Assembly: GCA_043228905.1 (NCBI GenBank)
Contig: JBHGNT010000003.1
Location: forward strand, 13,330,001 to 13,394,000
Length of the DNA stretch: 64,000 nt
Direction of reading: 5' to 3'
Source of the DNA: Azolla caroliniana
Taxonomy: Eukaryota > Plantae > Polypodiophyta
Each line of letters opens with the position of its first letter. Position 1 is the first letter of the stretch. A program made the position numbers and the translations under genes. Below are positions 1 to 11,659 of this stretch, piece after piece. Below the pieces are notes generated by a model, which saw nothing but the letters and a program-made list of their open reading frames with translations, was not told the origin of the DNA and searched no databases.

Positions 1-1329
1 AGCCAATGTCATTACGCGCTGAATATGCTCTTCAAATTCGGGATGGCAAACTGTAAGTCCATCTCGACTCCTCTGGACAGAACTGTCAAGCTTCGCCCCA
101 ATTCCGGCAAGGTTTGCGATTTGACAAGGTTCCGAGAAGTTGTCGGAAGCCTTATCTATTTGACCATCACCCGACCCGATCTCAGTTATCTGGTCGGGGT
201 GATCAGTCAATTCATGGCGCAACCTACCGAGGAGCACCTTCAGTGTGCGCAACACGTACTGCGGTACGTAAGCGGCACTAAGGACCGCGGACTGCTATAT
301 CAGACCGATATAGCCCCGCAGTTGGTCGACTACACTGATGCTGACTAGGCCGGCAATGTCGCTGATCACTGATCCACGTCCGGACATGCATTCTCTCTTG
401 GGAGTGCCGCGATAGCGTGGAGTAGCAAGAAGCAGCCGACAATTGCACTGTCGAGCACCGAAGCCGAGTATAGAGCAGCGGCTGTCGCAACATGCGACGC
501 CATATGGTTGAAGCGGCTACTTAAGGATTTGCAAGTCGAGGTGTCCGATCCAACAACGATCTACTGCGACAACCTCAGCAGCATCCAACTCGCGAAGAAC
601 CCCGTCTTCCACGCACGAACCAAGCACATTCAGGTGCACTACCATTTTGTCCGTGAGCGTGTCCTTTCTGGTGAAGTCAAACTTCAATATGTTCCGACGG
701 ATCGGCAGACCGCCGACATCTTCACCAAGCCTCTTGGTCTGGACAAGTTGAGGCATTTTTTGGGTGCGCTTGGGTTGCGTCACCTCGACGTGCCAAACTT
801 GAGGGGGAGCAACGTCCCAGATGACCACGAAAGGGAGTAGGAAAGGAGTGGAAAAGACCTCGGATCGGCTGAAGAAGTCGAGAGCGGATCCGCGGAAGAG
901 TCCGAAAGCGGACACAAGGGGAGCAGCCGAAAGAAAGAGCCAAAGCCAACCAGGCATGGGGGAGATGACGCCGTCAAGGGCGAGAAGACCGGAGACGAGT
1001 TGGAGACAGCCAACTCGGATGAGAGCAACTCGGAAGAGAGCTCGGACGAGAGCGAAAACCGATCGGAGGTAGCTGAGTCGGTTCGGATGTTTGATTCAGA
1101 TACACTAAATCAACTGAGGGCCAAGCGGAAAAGAAGGCAGTAGGAGAAGCGCCAACACTGCGACAACAAGGGACCTGTGAAGGGCCATAGGAGTAGACAA
1201 GCCTACCAGAAGGGTCGAAGCGCTCGGAGTCGAACATGCCGAGGAGCGCGAGCGAGGCGTGGAGCTAGGAGAAGCCGGAGCGTAGGTCCGACAGAGTAGG
1301 CGGAACCTCAAGTTGAGCTTGAGGGGGAG
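1..1329 (+). mobile_element. pol: Ty1/Copia element G1, 3' part of pol (end of RT, RNase H, charged C-terminal extension), decayed
   Basis: ORFs 25..348 (VGSLIYLTITRPDL, YTDAD) and 508..840 (IYCDNLSSIQLAKNPVFHARTKHI, ADIFTKPL). PPT TTGAGGGGGAG at 1319-1329. Confidence 0.95.
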
Positions 1330-1808
1330 TGTTGAGAGACAAGCTCAACATTTGTGCATAATACGATGCGTAACTAGTGCATAGACTGGGTGCATAAAAC
1401 CGATACGCAGACCGGTGAGTAGAAAGGCCGTATCGGTGCGTAGACCGAAAGGCCGTTGGAAAGATATTCCTCGTAAGGAATAATTTTGGGAGTAAGTGTC
1501 GAGGCTCATTTATGAGCAGTCAAGTACTCTCAGTACTTGTGTCAGCCCACTGTCAGGGCTTGTATAAAAGTGCTCACTGAGCACATCCTATGTACAGATT
1601 GAGTATTATTTTCGAATTTAAGTTCTTGTGTTACTCTCTCTCTGTCTCTCCCGTGCGTACTGTGCAAACCTAAGCTTTCCATTAAACCTGCGTTTTCTGT
1701 TGTTCGGTTTTCCTATATTGCTTCCGCACGCCATTCTTTTCAAATTTCGGCACATACCGGAGGATGTGCGGGTTCGGAGGGGGCGAGTGTCGTAGTGTAT
1801 TTCATACA
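1330..1808 (+). repeat. 3' LTR of Copia G1
   Basis: Starts TGTTGA right after the PPT. TATA-like TGTATAAAAG at 1561, then a CT-rich stretch. Similar to the LTR starting at 16020. Right end (TTCATACA) is approximate. Confidence 0.75.
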
Positions 1809-1889
1809 CTACGTGAAAAACATATAAAGTACCCGATTTAATAAATATGAAGAAAACAAAAAAAGAAGAGAATACATGTTATATGCATA

Positions 1890-1952
1890 GGGCAAGATTG
1901 GAACCTTGTACCTCCATGTTAATAATTTGAAGGCTTACCATTACACTAACAC
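1890..1952 (-). other. degenerate tRNA-derived (SINE-head-like) segment
   Basis: Minus strand has A-box-like TAGTGTAATGG and B-box-like GGTTCCAATC at tRNA-like spacing. No full cloverleaf. Confidence 0.4.
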
Positions 1953-2524
1953 ATCATGAGTGTTAAAGAAGTAAGATATCCCACATAGAAAGGTTATTTC
2001 ACACATATTTTCTAGGAAAAAAAGCTTTAGTTACAAGAAAAACGCATGATAGAAAAAGCTACACATGCACATTTAGCGTGCATGAACACTATAGTCGATA
2101 AAAACGCATGAGGTTAGAAAAAGCATCATCACTTTTAGAAAAAGCATGTTAGAGAAAGCATATAGTCTATAGATAGAGAAAGCATGGAGTCGATAGTTAG
2201 AGAAAAGCATGGATTGTTAAGACTCTCTCATTACTATATAAGGATGGGGAGCACAATGTAATAAGAGTGTGAAAACTTTGGAAATTGGATATATTTCTAA
2301 GAACACCAATTAATAAATTATATTCGTGGGATTCACGAAATAAACTATACTTGTGGGATTCACGAAACAAACTATAGTCCTGGGATTCACGACGTATTTA
2401 TATCTCTTTCTTATAATCTACTCAGAAGTACATTAGCCTCAAATTCTTCCTCCTCCTAGTCCAAAACCCCGGCGGTTCCCACTCGACTCACGCAACGATC
2501 CGGCGCCGAAAGGCATGACAACGT

Positions 2525-2780
2525 AATCAAGGCATATACCCTCTACGCACACGAAACATCTAAACATAAGGGTTAATCGTAATACGCAATTGAGGTATTG
2601 ACCTCATATGCATATGACACCAAACGCATATCATTTACATACAAATCAAGGTAATGACCTCATATGCAAACATAAAATATGTTTGTGAACGTAATACGTA
2701 ATTGAGGTATTAACCTCGTATGCATACGACACTAATCACATATTAAATATATGTCAAATGAGGTATTGACCTTGTGCACA
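2525..2780. repeat. ~56-bp period tandem repeat with hairpin core TGAGGT-ATTG-ACCTCA
   Basis: Core copies near 2529, 2591, 2649, 2703 and 2759. Confidence 0.7.
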
Positions 2781-3017
2781 TATGTAAACGTTTTATATAA
2801 TCAATTAATTACCACTACAACATCATTGAATTAATGAAATTTTTTTTACATATGACCATATACATGATTACAAGGGAGAAGAAAAAATAGAAAAAAAAAA
2901 CAAGAAAGATTACCGAAGTTCCTTTGTTGATCGTTGTCTGGATCAAGGCCGACCGCACATCGATCGATCACTATCAATCAAGAAGACAAAAGACAACAAA
3001 AGGAACATTAGAACATG

Positions 3018-3360
3018 AGCTCTGAAACCAACTATTAGAGATATGATCTAATGTAAGTGTATGATAAGAAGAAAAGAATGATAGATAGATAGGAGAGAGA
3101 GAAAGAAGGGTGTTGATCCACCCAACCACCCCCGAGCGAAGGGATCGAGACGGACTCGAGCCTTGATCGGCGTCCCATACCACCGTCGTAGTGTCGAGTC
3201 GTGCCTGGTGCTGGCGTGCTTGCTACAAGAGTTGACTCACCACAAGAACAGAGTCTCGACGTAGTCAAAAGATGACGAAATGAGGGTAGCTAGGCCTCTT
3301 ATTTATAGCGATACCCAAGGCCCCAAAGCAAGTTCACACTTGGCCTAATGGGTTGTCTCA
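3018..3360 (-). repeat. probable 5' LTR plus degenerate tRNA-iMet PBS of a non-coding or decayed LTR element
   Basis: Minus strand begins TGAGAC at 3360, has CTATAAATA, and is followed by TGGTTTCAGAGC (canonical TGGTATCAGAGC). No partner LTR or TSD was found. Confidence 0.55.
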
Positions 3361-4285
3361 ATCCCGAGGATTAAAAGTAATCCTCCCCTTCTTTAGTGCT
3401 TTGATCTTCCCTTTTCTTGAATAGCTTAATTCGCTTCCCTATAATCAACAATTTTAAAGCAGCTCCATCCATTTCAGTTAGGAAATAAGTTGCATTTTTA
3501 TTGACTTGTCTAATGACATATGGTCTGAACCATCTTTTGGCGAACTTACTAGAAGTACTATGTTGGTTATCCAAGTTGCTATCATATACTATGACCTAAT
3601 CACCTTCTTGGAGCTTTCTTGGTCGACGGTGATGGGTTTTATCAAATCTTTCTTTGTTCCGTAGTTGACATTGTTTCATTCTTTCTGTAGCCATTTGAAC
3701 ATCTTCATCCCTTCTTTCTAGCCATCTTATTCTAAGACCAAGCAAATCTTCTTGACTCATTTCATCTACCCATGGCAAGGCAACCCAAGAAAATACTAAT
3801 TGGTCTATTCGCATAATTAGCTTTTGACCTAGTATCAATTCTGATGGCATAAAGCCAGTCACGGAACTGTGAGAAGTGCGGTCAGCCCATACTGCATTCG
3901 GTAACAGATGAGGACAATTAGCCATCTTGCCATCACAAGCTTTCACCAAAGCTTTTACTATAGGGCCATGTCCACACTCAACCTTCCCATTAGCTTCAAG
4001 GCTATATGTCATTGTTAAGGAAAGTCGAATTCCCATTCTTGAAAAAAATTTGTTCAACTTCGTTAGAATCTAGTTCTCCTCTGTCTGCAACAATCTTCCC
4101 AATGCACCCGTACCTACATACACAACTTCAAGAAGGAACATACAAAGAGATGAAGTGGTTTTTTGGTGTAGCGCTCGACCTTCCACTTGATTTGTCAAAT
4201 CTTTTCTTGCCAATACAAGATATCTCATTTGCCAAACCCATACAAGCATCTTACATTATCGACAACCCATTTATAATGTATAGAT

Positions 4286-4845
4286 TGTTAGGATTTCGGT
4301 CCCTCCAGATGGAATATGAGTACCCGGAAATGAAGGCCTGGTGAGAACAGAATGATGAAGGCCCGGTGAGAACCTCTCACCGAATGAAGGGACATATATG
4401 TAAATATGTTTCTGAGAGCCCATTGGGGCTATATTTGTAAATAGTCCTAAAGTCATATTAGTATAAATATGACCTAGGGCAATTTGTGTGTAGTGGTCAT
4501 TTTATCTTGTATAGAGTTATTGGTGTAACTGCGGTACAGAGTGTAGCAGAGGAAAGAGAGAGAGAGAGAGAGAGAGAGAGTCTCTGTTATAACCGCCGCT
4601 AGGCGAAGATTGTGAGCACGAGGTCGTTGCCTTTGTGTTCCCTTGTTGTATTCTCCTTGCATAGTGAGAGTTGGAGTTCGGGGACTCCCGTGGTTTTTCC
4701 CGTTTAGGGTTTTCCACGTTAACATCTTGTGCATTCTCTTCTGTTTGTGTACTTACTTCTATTTCTTATCTTTCTGTGTTTGATTATCATCGAAGTGATC
4801 TAAGTCTCAGTTGTGGCCGAAGATTATTTTGCATAGTTCTTGTCA
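4286..4845 (+). repeat. 5' LTR of Copia D
   Basis: TGTTAGG...TGTCA; direct repeat of 8885-9450. Confidence 0.95.
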
Positions 4846-4876
4846 AACTAGTATTAGAGCGAAACAACACAGAAAA

Positions 4877-7800
4877 TGGAAGATTCATTTGGCAGCATGT
4901 TCAAGCTCACTGGCTCCAACTACTCAATGTGGAAGTCGTAGATGAGGGACATGCTCGTGGTTAAAGATCTTTGGTTGCCGGTTCAGTTCGGGGACAAGAG
5001 ACCGGACAAGATCGATGCCACGATATGGGAGGTGATGCACATCAAAACAACGTTGTACATATGGTGCTTCATCGACATGAGCTTGTACAACAACTTCAAT
5101 GAAGAGAGCAAGGCTCATGAGCTCTGGGAGAAGATCGGCATTATGTTTTAGAACAAAAATGTTGTTAATCAAGTTTCGGTATTTCGGAAACTAGTGAGGC
5201 TCTGGTATCAAGATGGCTCCAGTATGGCGGAGCACATGAATGCCTTCCAGGGGCTGATACACCAGGCAACCTTGTTGGAAGTACCTCTCGTCAATGAGGT
5301 ACTTGCTCTACTCCTGCTCGGTTCCCTCCCGGATAGCTGGGAGACGTTAGTTGTCACTTTGGGCAACACCGGGACGGAAGGAAAACAATTATCCCTAGCA
5401 AGAGTCAAGTCGAGCTTGCTAGATGAGGAGGCGCGTCGGAAAGACAAGGATAGGAGCTCTGACTCCAAAGCGCTCCTTACCGAATCGGAACGCGGAAGAC
5501 AAATGAACCGTAGTCCCCAGAACCGGGAAAAGTCGGGGACACGGTCAAAGTCAAGGGGGAGTCCTACTTGCTTTTATTGCGGCAAGACGGGACACTTCTA
5601 GAAGAACTGTCGGCATTTTCGAAAGAACAAGGAAACCGACAGTACCGATTTGAAGCCGTCACCGGACCGGAACGGTAAAAACCGGAGGGGACTGGACTGG
5701 AAGGGAACGACGGCAATCGCGGCAAGTGAAGAAGAGTTTATGCTCATCACCGAGGAGAGTGAGTTGAAACTTGCCGGCGACGAGACAACGTGGGTTGTCG
5801 ATTCCAGAGCATCATTCCACTTGACCCCAGACCGGAAATGTTTCTCATCCTACACAGCTAGTGAGCACGGCTGTGTCCAGATGGGGAATGAAGGTACATG
5901 TCAAATTATCGGCATAGGAGACGTGTGGTTGACAACACCAACCGGATGCAAGTTGCTGATGAAGGATGTCTGACACGTTCCGGAGGTTCGACTGAACCTA
6001 ATATTAGTCGGTCGGTTAGACGATGAAGGCTACACGGGTAGCATCCGGAACGGAGTCATGAAGTTCAGCAAAATGGCTCGGGCCCGGAAAGTCAACACTC
6101 TGTACCTAATGAATACCCGGTTATGCCGGGAAGAAGAAGTGAACGTTGCATCCGACACTACCGGTGAGCTGTGGCACAAGAGACTGTGTCGCATGAGCAA
6201 GAAGGGGATGAAGAGGCTTGCCAATGACAACCTCATTCCAGTAAAGAACATGCATCTTGAGAGGTGCACCAACTGCCTAGCCGGTAAGCAAAACAGGACC
6301 TCCTTCCGATCAGGGCCAGCGATGAGACGTAATGCACCATTGGAGTTGGTGCATACCGATGTGTGACAAGTGGACACGAAGTCACATGCCGGAGCGCAGT
6401 ACTTCGTGACGTTCATAGATGACCACAGCCGGAAGTTGTGGGCCACACCATTGAAGACGAAGGATCAGGTGTTATCTGTCTTCAAGGATCTCCACGCAAG
6501 AGTGGAAAGAGAAACCGGCCGGAAGCTGAAGGTGGTTTGAGCAGATAACGGAGGAGAATACCGGGGGCAGTTCGAGGAGTATTGCCGCTCGAAGAGAATC
6601 CAGCTCGAATTTACCGTGTCGAAGACGCCGAAACTCAATGGGTTGGCCGAGAGGATGAACCGGACCATAATGGAGAGGGTCCGGAGTATGCTAGCACATG
6701 CAACGTTACCCAAGAAGTTTTGGGCTGAGGCGCTAGCGACAACGACATACGTGATAAACAGATCACCCTCAGTGCCCTTGGACGGAGACATGCTGCAGAG
6801 AGTGTGGACCGGTAAGTAAGTGTCTTACTGGCATCTGAAGGTGTTCGGGTGTCTCGCTTACGTGCATGTTGCAAAGGACCGGGGAGCAAAGTTGGATCCA
6901 AAGTCGCGGCCTTGCATATTCCTCGGATACGGCGATGATGAGTTCGGCTACCGAGTGTGGGATCCGGTCGACAAGAAGTTTTTCCAAAGTTGAGATATTA
7001 TCTTCATGGAGGACAAGACCCTTGCTGATTGGGAGTCGGAGAAGGAGATAATGAACTCCGAGTCAACCGGTAAGAATCGGTTTGATGAGATTCGGACCTA
7101 CCCGGCTAAGCGCCGGTTGACACCCAAAGAATTGGCCGGTTATGGAGATGAAACCGAATCGACCGAAGAAGAACAAGAAGCAGAAACCGGAACCGGCCAA
7201 TACCCCGAATCAGATTTGGATGATGAACAAACAGAGGATCCGGTTGCCGAAAGCCAAGGACGCAGATATCCTCTCAGAGAGAGAAGGGCCCCCCGGAGAT
7301 TTCTGGATTTAGAGCGCGTGTTGCTAACCGATGAGGGGGAGCCGAAAAGCTTCAAAGAAGCAAAGGAGGACACCCACACCCGTAAGTGGTTGAGTGCCAT
7401 GCAGGACGAGATGGATTCCCTACATGAGAACCACACATATGAATTGGTGGAGTTGCCAAAACGAAAGAGGGCACTCCGAAACAAGTGGGTGTACAAGTTG
7501 AAACCGGGACATGCCGGCAACCCCCCGAGGTACAAAGCCAGGATCGTGGTGAAGGGGTTCCAACAGAAGAAGGGAGTGGACTTCGACGAGATATTTGCCC
7601 CGGTAGTAAAGATACCTTCCATACGGACGGTGCTGAGCATAGCGGCAAGCATGAACCTCAAGGTAGAGCAATTAGACGTGAAGACGGCGTTCCTCCACGA
7701 CGACCTCGAAGAGGAGATCTACATGCAACAACCGGAGGGATTTGTGAAGAAAGGGAAGGAGCACTTGGTTTGCCGGTTGAAGAAGAGCCTCTACGGTTTG

Positions 7801-8880
7801 AAGCAGGCTCCCCGGCAATGGTATTGGAAGTTCGACTCCTTCATGACGGATCAAGGATACCACAAGATGCAGACCGATCACTGCGTGTTTGTGAAGAAGT
7901 TTGAAGGTGGAGACTTCTTGATACTCCTCCTGTACGTGGACAACATGTTGATCGTCGGACGAGACCAAGTCAAGATACGGATGCTGAAGAAGGCTCTGAA
8001 CCGAACCTTCTCAATGAAAGACTTGGCTCCGGCAAGACAGATATTGGGGATGCACATTATCCGAGACCAGTCAAAGAAGCAATTGTGGCTGTCATAGGAG
8101 AAATACGTGACAAAGGTGCTTCAACGATTCAACATGTCAGATGCCAAACCGGTCGGATCGACACTCCCGGCAAACTGCAGGTTATCTAGTAAGCAAAGCC
8201 CAAAGATGAAGACAGAGAAGGACGATATGATGAAGATACCATATGCCTCTGCCGTTGGGAGCTTAATGTACGCAATGGTGTGTACCCGACCAGATATCGG
8301 ATACGCAGTCGGAGTGGTAAGCCGGTTTATGAGCAATCCCAACGAGGAGCACTGGAATGCGGTAAAGTGGATACTCCGGTACTTGAAAGGCACCTCAAGT
8401 ATGTGTCTTCAATTCAGATATGTCGGCTAATGTGGATACCAACTGGTCAACATTGGGATATGTTATGACATATGCAAGGGGAGTTGTTTCGTGGCAGTCG
8501 AGGTTGCAGAAGACGGTTGCGTTGTCAACCATGGAGGCGGAGTACATGGCAATAGTGGAAGCCGGCAAGGAAATATATGGATGAAGGACTTCATCGAAGA
8601 GCTAGGGATCTGGCAAGAGGAATATCGGCTCTATTGCAACAGTCAAAATGTCATCCACTTTGCAAAGAACGCAGTGTATCATTCCAGGACGAAGCACATC
8701 CAGCGGAGGTACCACTAGATCCGGGAGCGAGTAGAAGATCGAGAGTTCGTGCTAACAAAGATCCACACGAAGTAGAAGAACGGGTCGGATATGCTGACCA
8801 AGGTGTTGACGCCCAACAAGTTGGACGCATGCCGAAAGCGAATTGGACTAACCTGACATCCCATTCCGGAGTGAACGGGG
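4877..8880 (+). pseudogene. gag-pol: gag-pol of Copia D, broken by stops and deletions
   Basis: Fragments: LPDSWETLVVTL and CFYCGKTGH (gag), WVVDSRASFHLTP (PR), NGLAERMNRT (INT), QLDVKTAFLH and LLLYVDNML (RT, 7006..8097), RH to about 8850. Confidence 0.93.
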
Positions 8881-8884
8881 AGTT

Positions 8885-9450
8885 TGTTAGGATTTCGGTC
8901 CCTCCGAATGGGATATGAGTACCCGGAGATGAAGGCCCGATGAGAACCGGATTATGCAGGCCCGGTGAGAACCTCTCACCGGATGAAGGGACATATATGT
9001 AAATATGTTTCCGAGAGCCCATTGGGGCTATATTTGTAAATATTCCTAAAGTCATATTAGTATAAATATGACCTAGGGCAATCTGTGTGTAGTGGTCATT
9101 TTATCTTGTATAGAGTTATTGGTGTAACTGCGGTACGGAGTTTAGCAGAGGAAAGAGAGAAAGAGAGAGACAGAGACAGAGCGATTCTCTGTTGTAACCG
9201 CCGCCAGACAAAGATTGTGAGCACGAGATCGTTGCCTTTGTGTTCCCTTGCTGTATTCTCCTTGCATAGTGAGAGTTGGAGTTTGGGGACTCCCGTGGTT
9301 TTTCCCGTTTAGGGTTTTCCACGTTAACATCCTTTGCATTCTCTTCTATCTGTGTACTTACTTCTATTTCTTATCTTTCTGTGTTTGATTATCATCGAAG
9401 TGATCTAAGTCTCGGTTGTGGCCGAAGATTATTCCGCATAGTTCCTGTGA
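8885..9450 (+). repeat. 3' LTR of Copia D
   Basis: Direct repeat of 4286-4845; terminal CA mutated to GA; followed by the TSD. Confidence 0.95.
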
Positions 9451-9616
9451 TAGATAAAGATAAGTAGCTTGCAACCCATCATGATGCCGAATATTCGAAT
9501 ACATTTGGTGGTTCTCACACGATTGTACATAATCTGCAACATCGTTGTACATTCCAGCCCACAAAAACTTCTCTTTTAATTTCGAGTAGGTGGCCCAAAC
9601 TCCACGATGACCACTG

Positions 9617-10494
9617 TGATGTCGATCTCGTCGTACAAGAGCAAACGGAAAAGAAAATCGTGAATCTGGGAAGTAAGCATCGGGCTTCTTGTCAAAGAAA
9701 GAGGAGAAATGAAAATAGCTTGTATTGATATATCAAGATGATTACAAAGTATTTCTTGTTAATCTTTCTTACAATAATATAGCTTGTCTCTCGTATTACT
9801 ATAGTATTTTTTTAGTCTACTATTCTTCCCCCTTCATAAGATGACTCACCCCCCTTTTATACATGAGGAAGGTTGGTGCATGAGTGTCAAGTGTCACCTA
9901 GCATAAGAGGCACCTACATTAGTGGGTAATAGCTTTAATAGCTAAAATACTTGATAAAAATGTGCTTTGAATAAGTATTTAGCTTAAAAACTAGGTTACC
10001 ATAATAGCTAAAATAGCTAAAATAGTTGATACTGATAATAATAAGTGTGTTGATAATAGGTATTTAGCTTTAAAACTGGGTAATATCTTTAATAGCTAAA
10101 ATAGCTGATAGTGATAATTACAAGTGTGTTGATAATAGGTATTTAGCTTTAAAAGTGGGTAATAGCTTTAATAGCTAAAATAGCTGATAGTGATAATAAC
10201 AAGTGTGTTGATAATAGGTATTTAGCTTTAAAAGTGGGTAATAGCTACAATAGCTACAATAGCTGATGGTGATAATAACAACTGTGTTGATAATAGGTAT
10301 TTAGCTTTAAAATATTTTACTCGATATTATGTTTTATTGTAGATTCAACTGGCTATTATCATCCTATGACGAATGATTCTTATCAAGTTATTAGCTATAG
10401 CTTAGCTAAACAACCATTTACAAAGATTTGAATCAATTTGTATAATTTAGTAGAGGTTATTTTCTCATCGTGGCAAAAAAACGTCACGACATCA
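9617..10494 (-). repeat. LTR (probably the 3' LTR of Gypsy remnant E)
   Basis: 8-bp terminal inverted repeat TGATGTCG...CGACATCA. TATA-like GTATAAAAGG on the minus strand near 9855. No TSD. Confidence 0.7.
9922..10312. repeat. 79-bp tandem array (about 5 copies) inside the LTR
   Basis: Unit starts at 9922, 9991, 10076, 10155 and 10234 (GTGGGTAATAGC...TATTTAGCTTTAAAA). The first two copies are more degenerate. Confidence 0.9.
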
Positions 10495-11625
10495 TCGTGG
10501 CTAATTATGGTGTTATCATAACATGGTGTTTATTTATGAACCCTACGGATGTCACGCGCGTAACTAACTTTTCTTTTCCATCATTGTCTTCTTTTTTATT
10601 TTTTTTCATTTATTTTATTTTATTTTATTTTATTTTATTTTATTTTCAATTTTGTACATACGACGTACGTCAATCGTACGGTGTGATCTATCCGCCGACT
10701 CTGAATGTCGTGGCTTTTGCTAACCCCGATTGGCTCGGTCCTCTGGCCTAGTTTCCTTTATTACCTTCCCGGTGACTCCGGGCTCCGACCTGTGGTTTCT
10801 TCGTTGTCATTGCCGTTCTTCCGATTTTAAAACAGATTCGCCAGCATCGGTCCCTTATACGTCTTTAGCCAAAAACCATTTACCCATTTGTCGAACAATT
10901 CCTCGGCTAAGGTTCCCAACTAATACGACCCATTGAAGTCCTTAATTATCTATTATGGTCCCGTCCATCAAAATCATAGCTTCCCCGGCATCAGTCCCAT
11001 CCGCGTTTGGAATACCAATATCGGTTTCCAGATATCAAATTGAAGCTCATTTCCCTTCTGGCGGTTCTCGTCGGACAACAAATGCTAGATACTCCATAAT
11101 CACTCCTCGCGGAGCGCCAACAACTACTCTGACTGGATTTGCTCCAAAGTTGTTTCATCTGATCATTCCTTGACCTGCACCTTGAGACTTGGCACCTGGA
11201 ATTCCATCAGCATTACTGCTTCTAATCTAAAGGTTAGCTAGAACGGTGTCAACTGGATGCTTGTTTTAAAGCTCGTTCTATATGCCCAAAGCGCACTAGG
11301 GAGTTTAGTGTCCCAATCGGTTCTGTTCTCGTTGAGATCTTCTTTAGTATTGTCTGTAGCATTTTGTTTGTTGATTCCGCTAATCCGTTTGCTTGCAGGT
11401 AGTAGGGCATGCTCTTCTTATGTATGACAGCGTAATAGTGGGTTAATCCGTTGATTACTTTATTAATAAAATGCCCGCCTTGATCGCTCATTAGCTCAAT
11501 CGTACAACCGAACCGGCACCAGATATACTCGTATAGAAATTTAGATGTTGATGTCGCTGACTTGTTCCGCAACACCTTGGCCTCTTCCCATTTTGTGCAA
11601 TAATCAGTGGCGACTATGATAATGG
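10495..11625 (-). mobile_element. Gypsy remnant E (B-family integrase end and AT tract)
   Basis: ORF 11249..11707 (IVATDYCTKW, YIWCRFGC, QANGLAESTNK) matches B integrase. (TTTTA)n at about 10595-10650 parallels the post-pol tract of B. Confidence 0.8.
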
Positions 11626-11659
11626 TTTCCGGTTCGTGCTTCCACTGGCTTAAAGGGTC

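Larger units (their letters stand above)
4286..9450 (+). mobile_element. full-length decayed Ty1/Copia element D (Tnt1/Tork-like)
   Basis: LTRs 4286-4845 and 8885-9450. Perfect TSD TAGAT (4281-4285 / 9451-9455). Degenerate iMet PBS TAGTATTAGAGC. PPT before 8885. Domain order gag-PR-INT-RT-RH. Confidence 0.97.
3371..9616 (-). mobile_element. Gypsy integrase remnant H (same family as A), split by Copia D
   Basis: ORFs 3371..3574, 3596..4057 and 9364..9564 resemble A integrase (DNQH..KF.KRWFRPY, EANGKVECGH). Removing D restores ...LQATYLYLSIHYKWVVD. Confidence 0.88.

Noticed and set aside
1890-1952. Functional tRNA gene
   Set aside because: Only degenerate A/B boxes are present, with no acceptor stem or convincing anticodon arm.
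2525-2780. Regularly spaced palindromic repeats resembling a CRISPR array
   Set aside because: The 'spacers' are related to each other, there are no cas genes, and the context is a plant TE; this is a tandem repeat.
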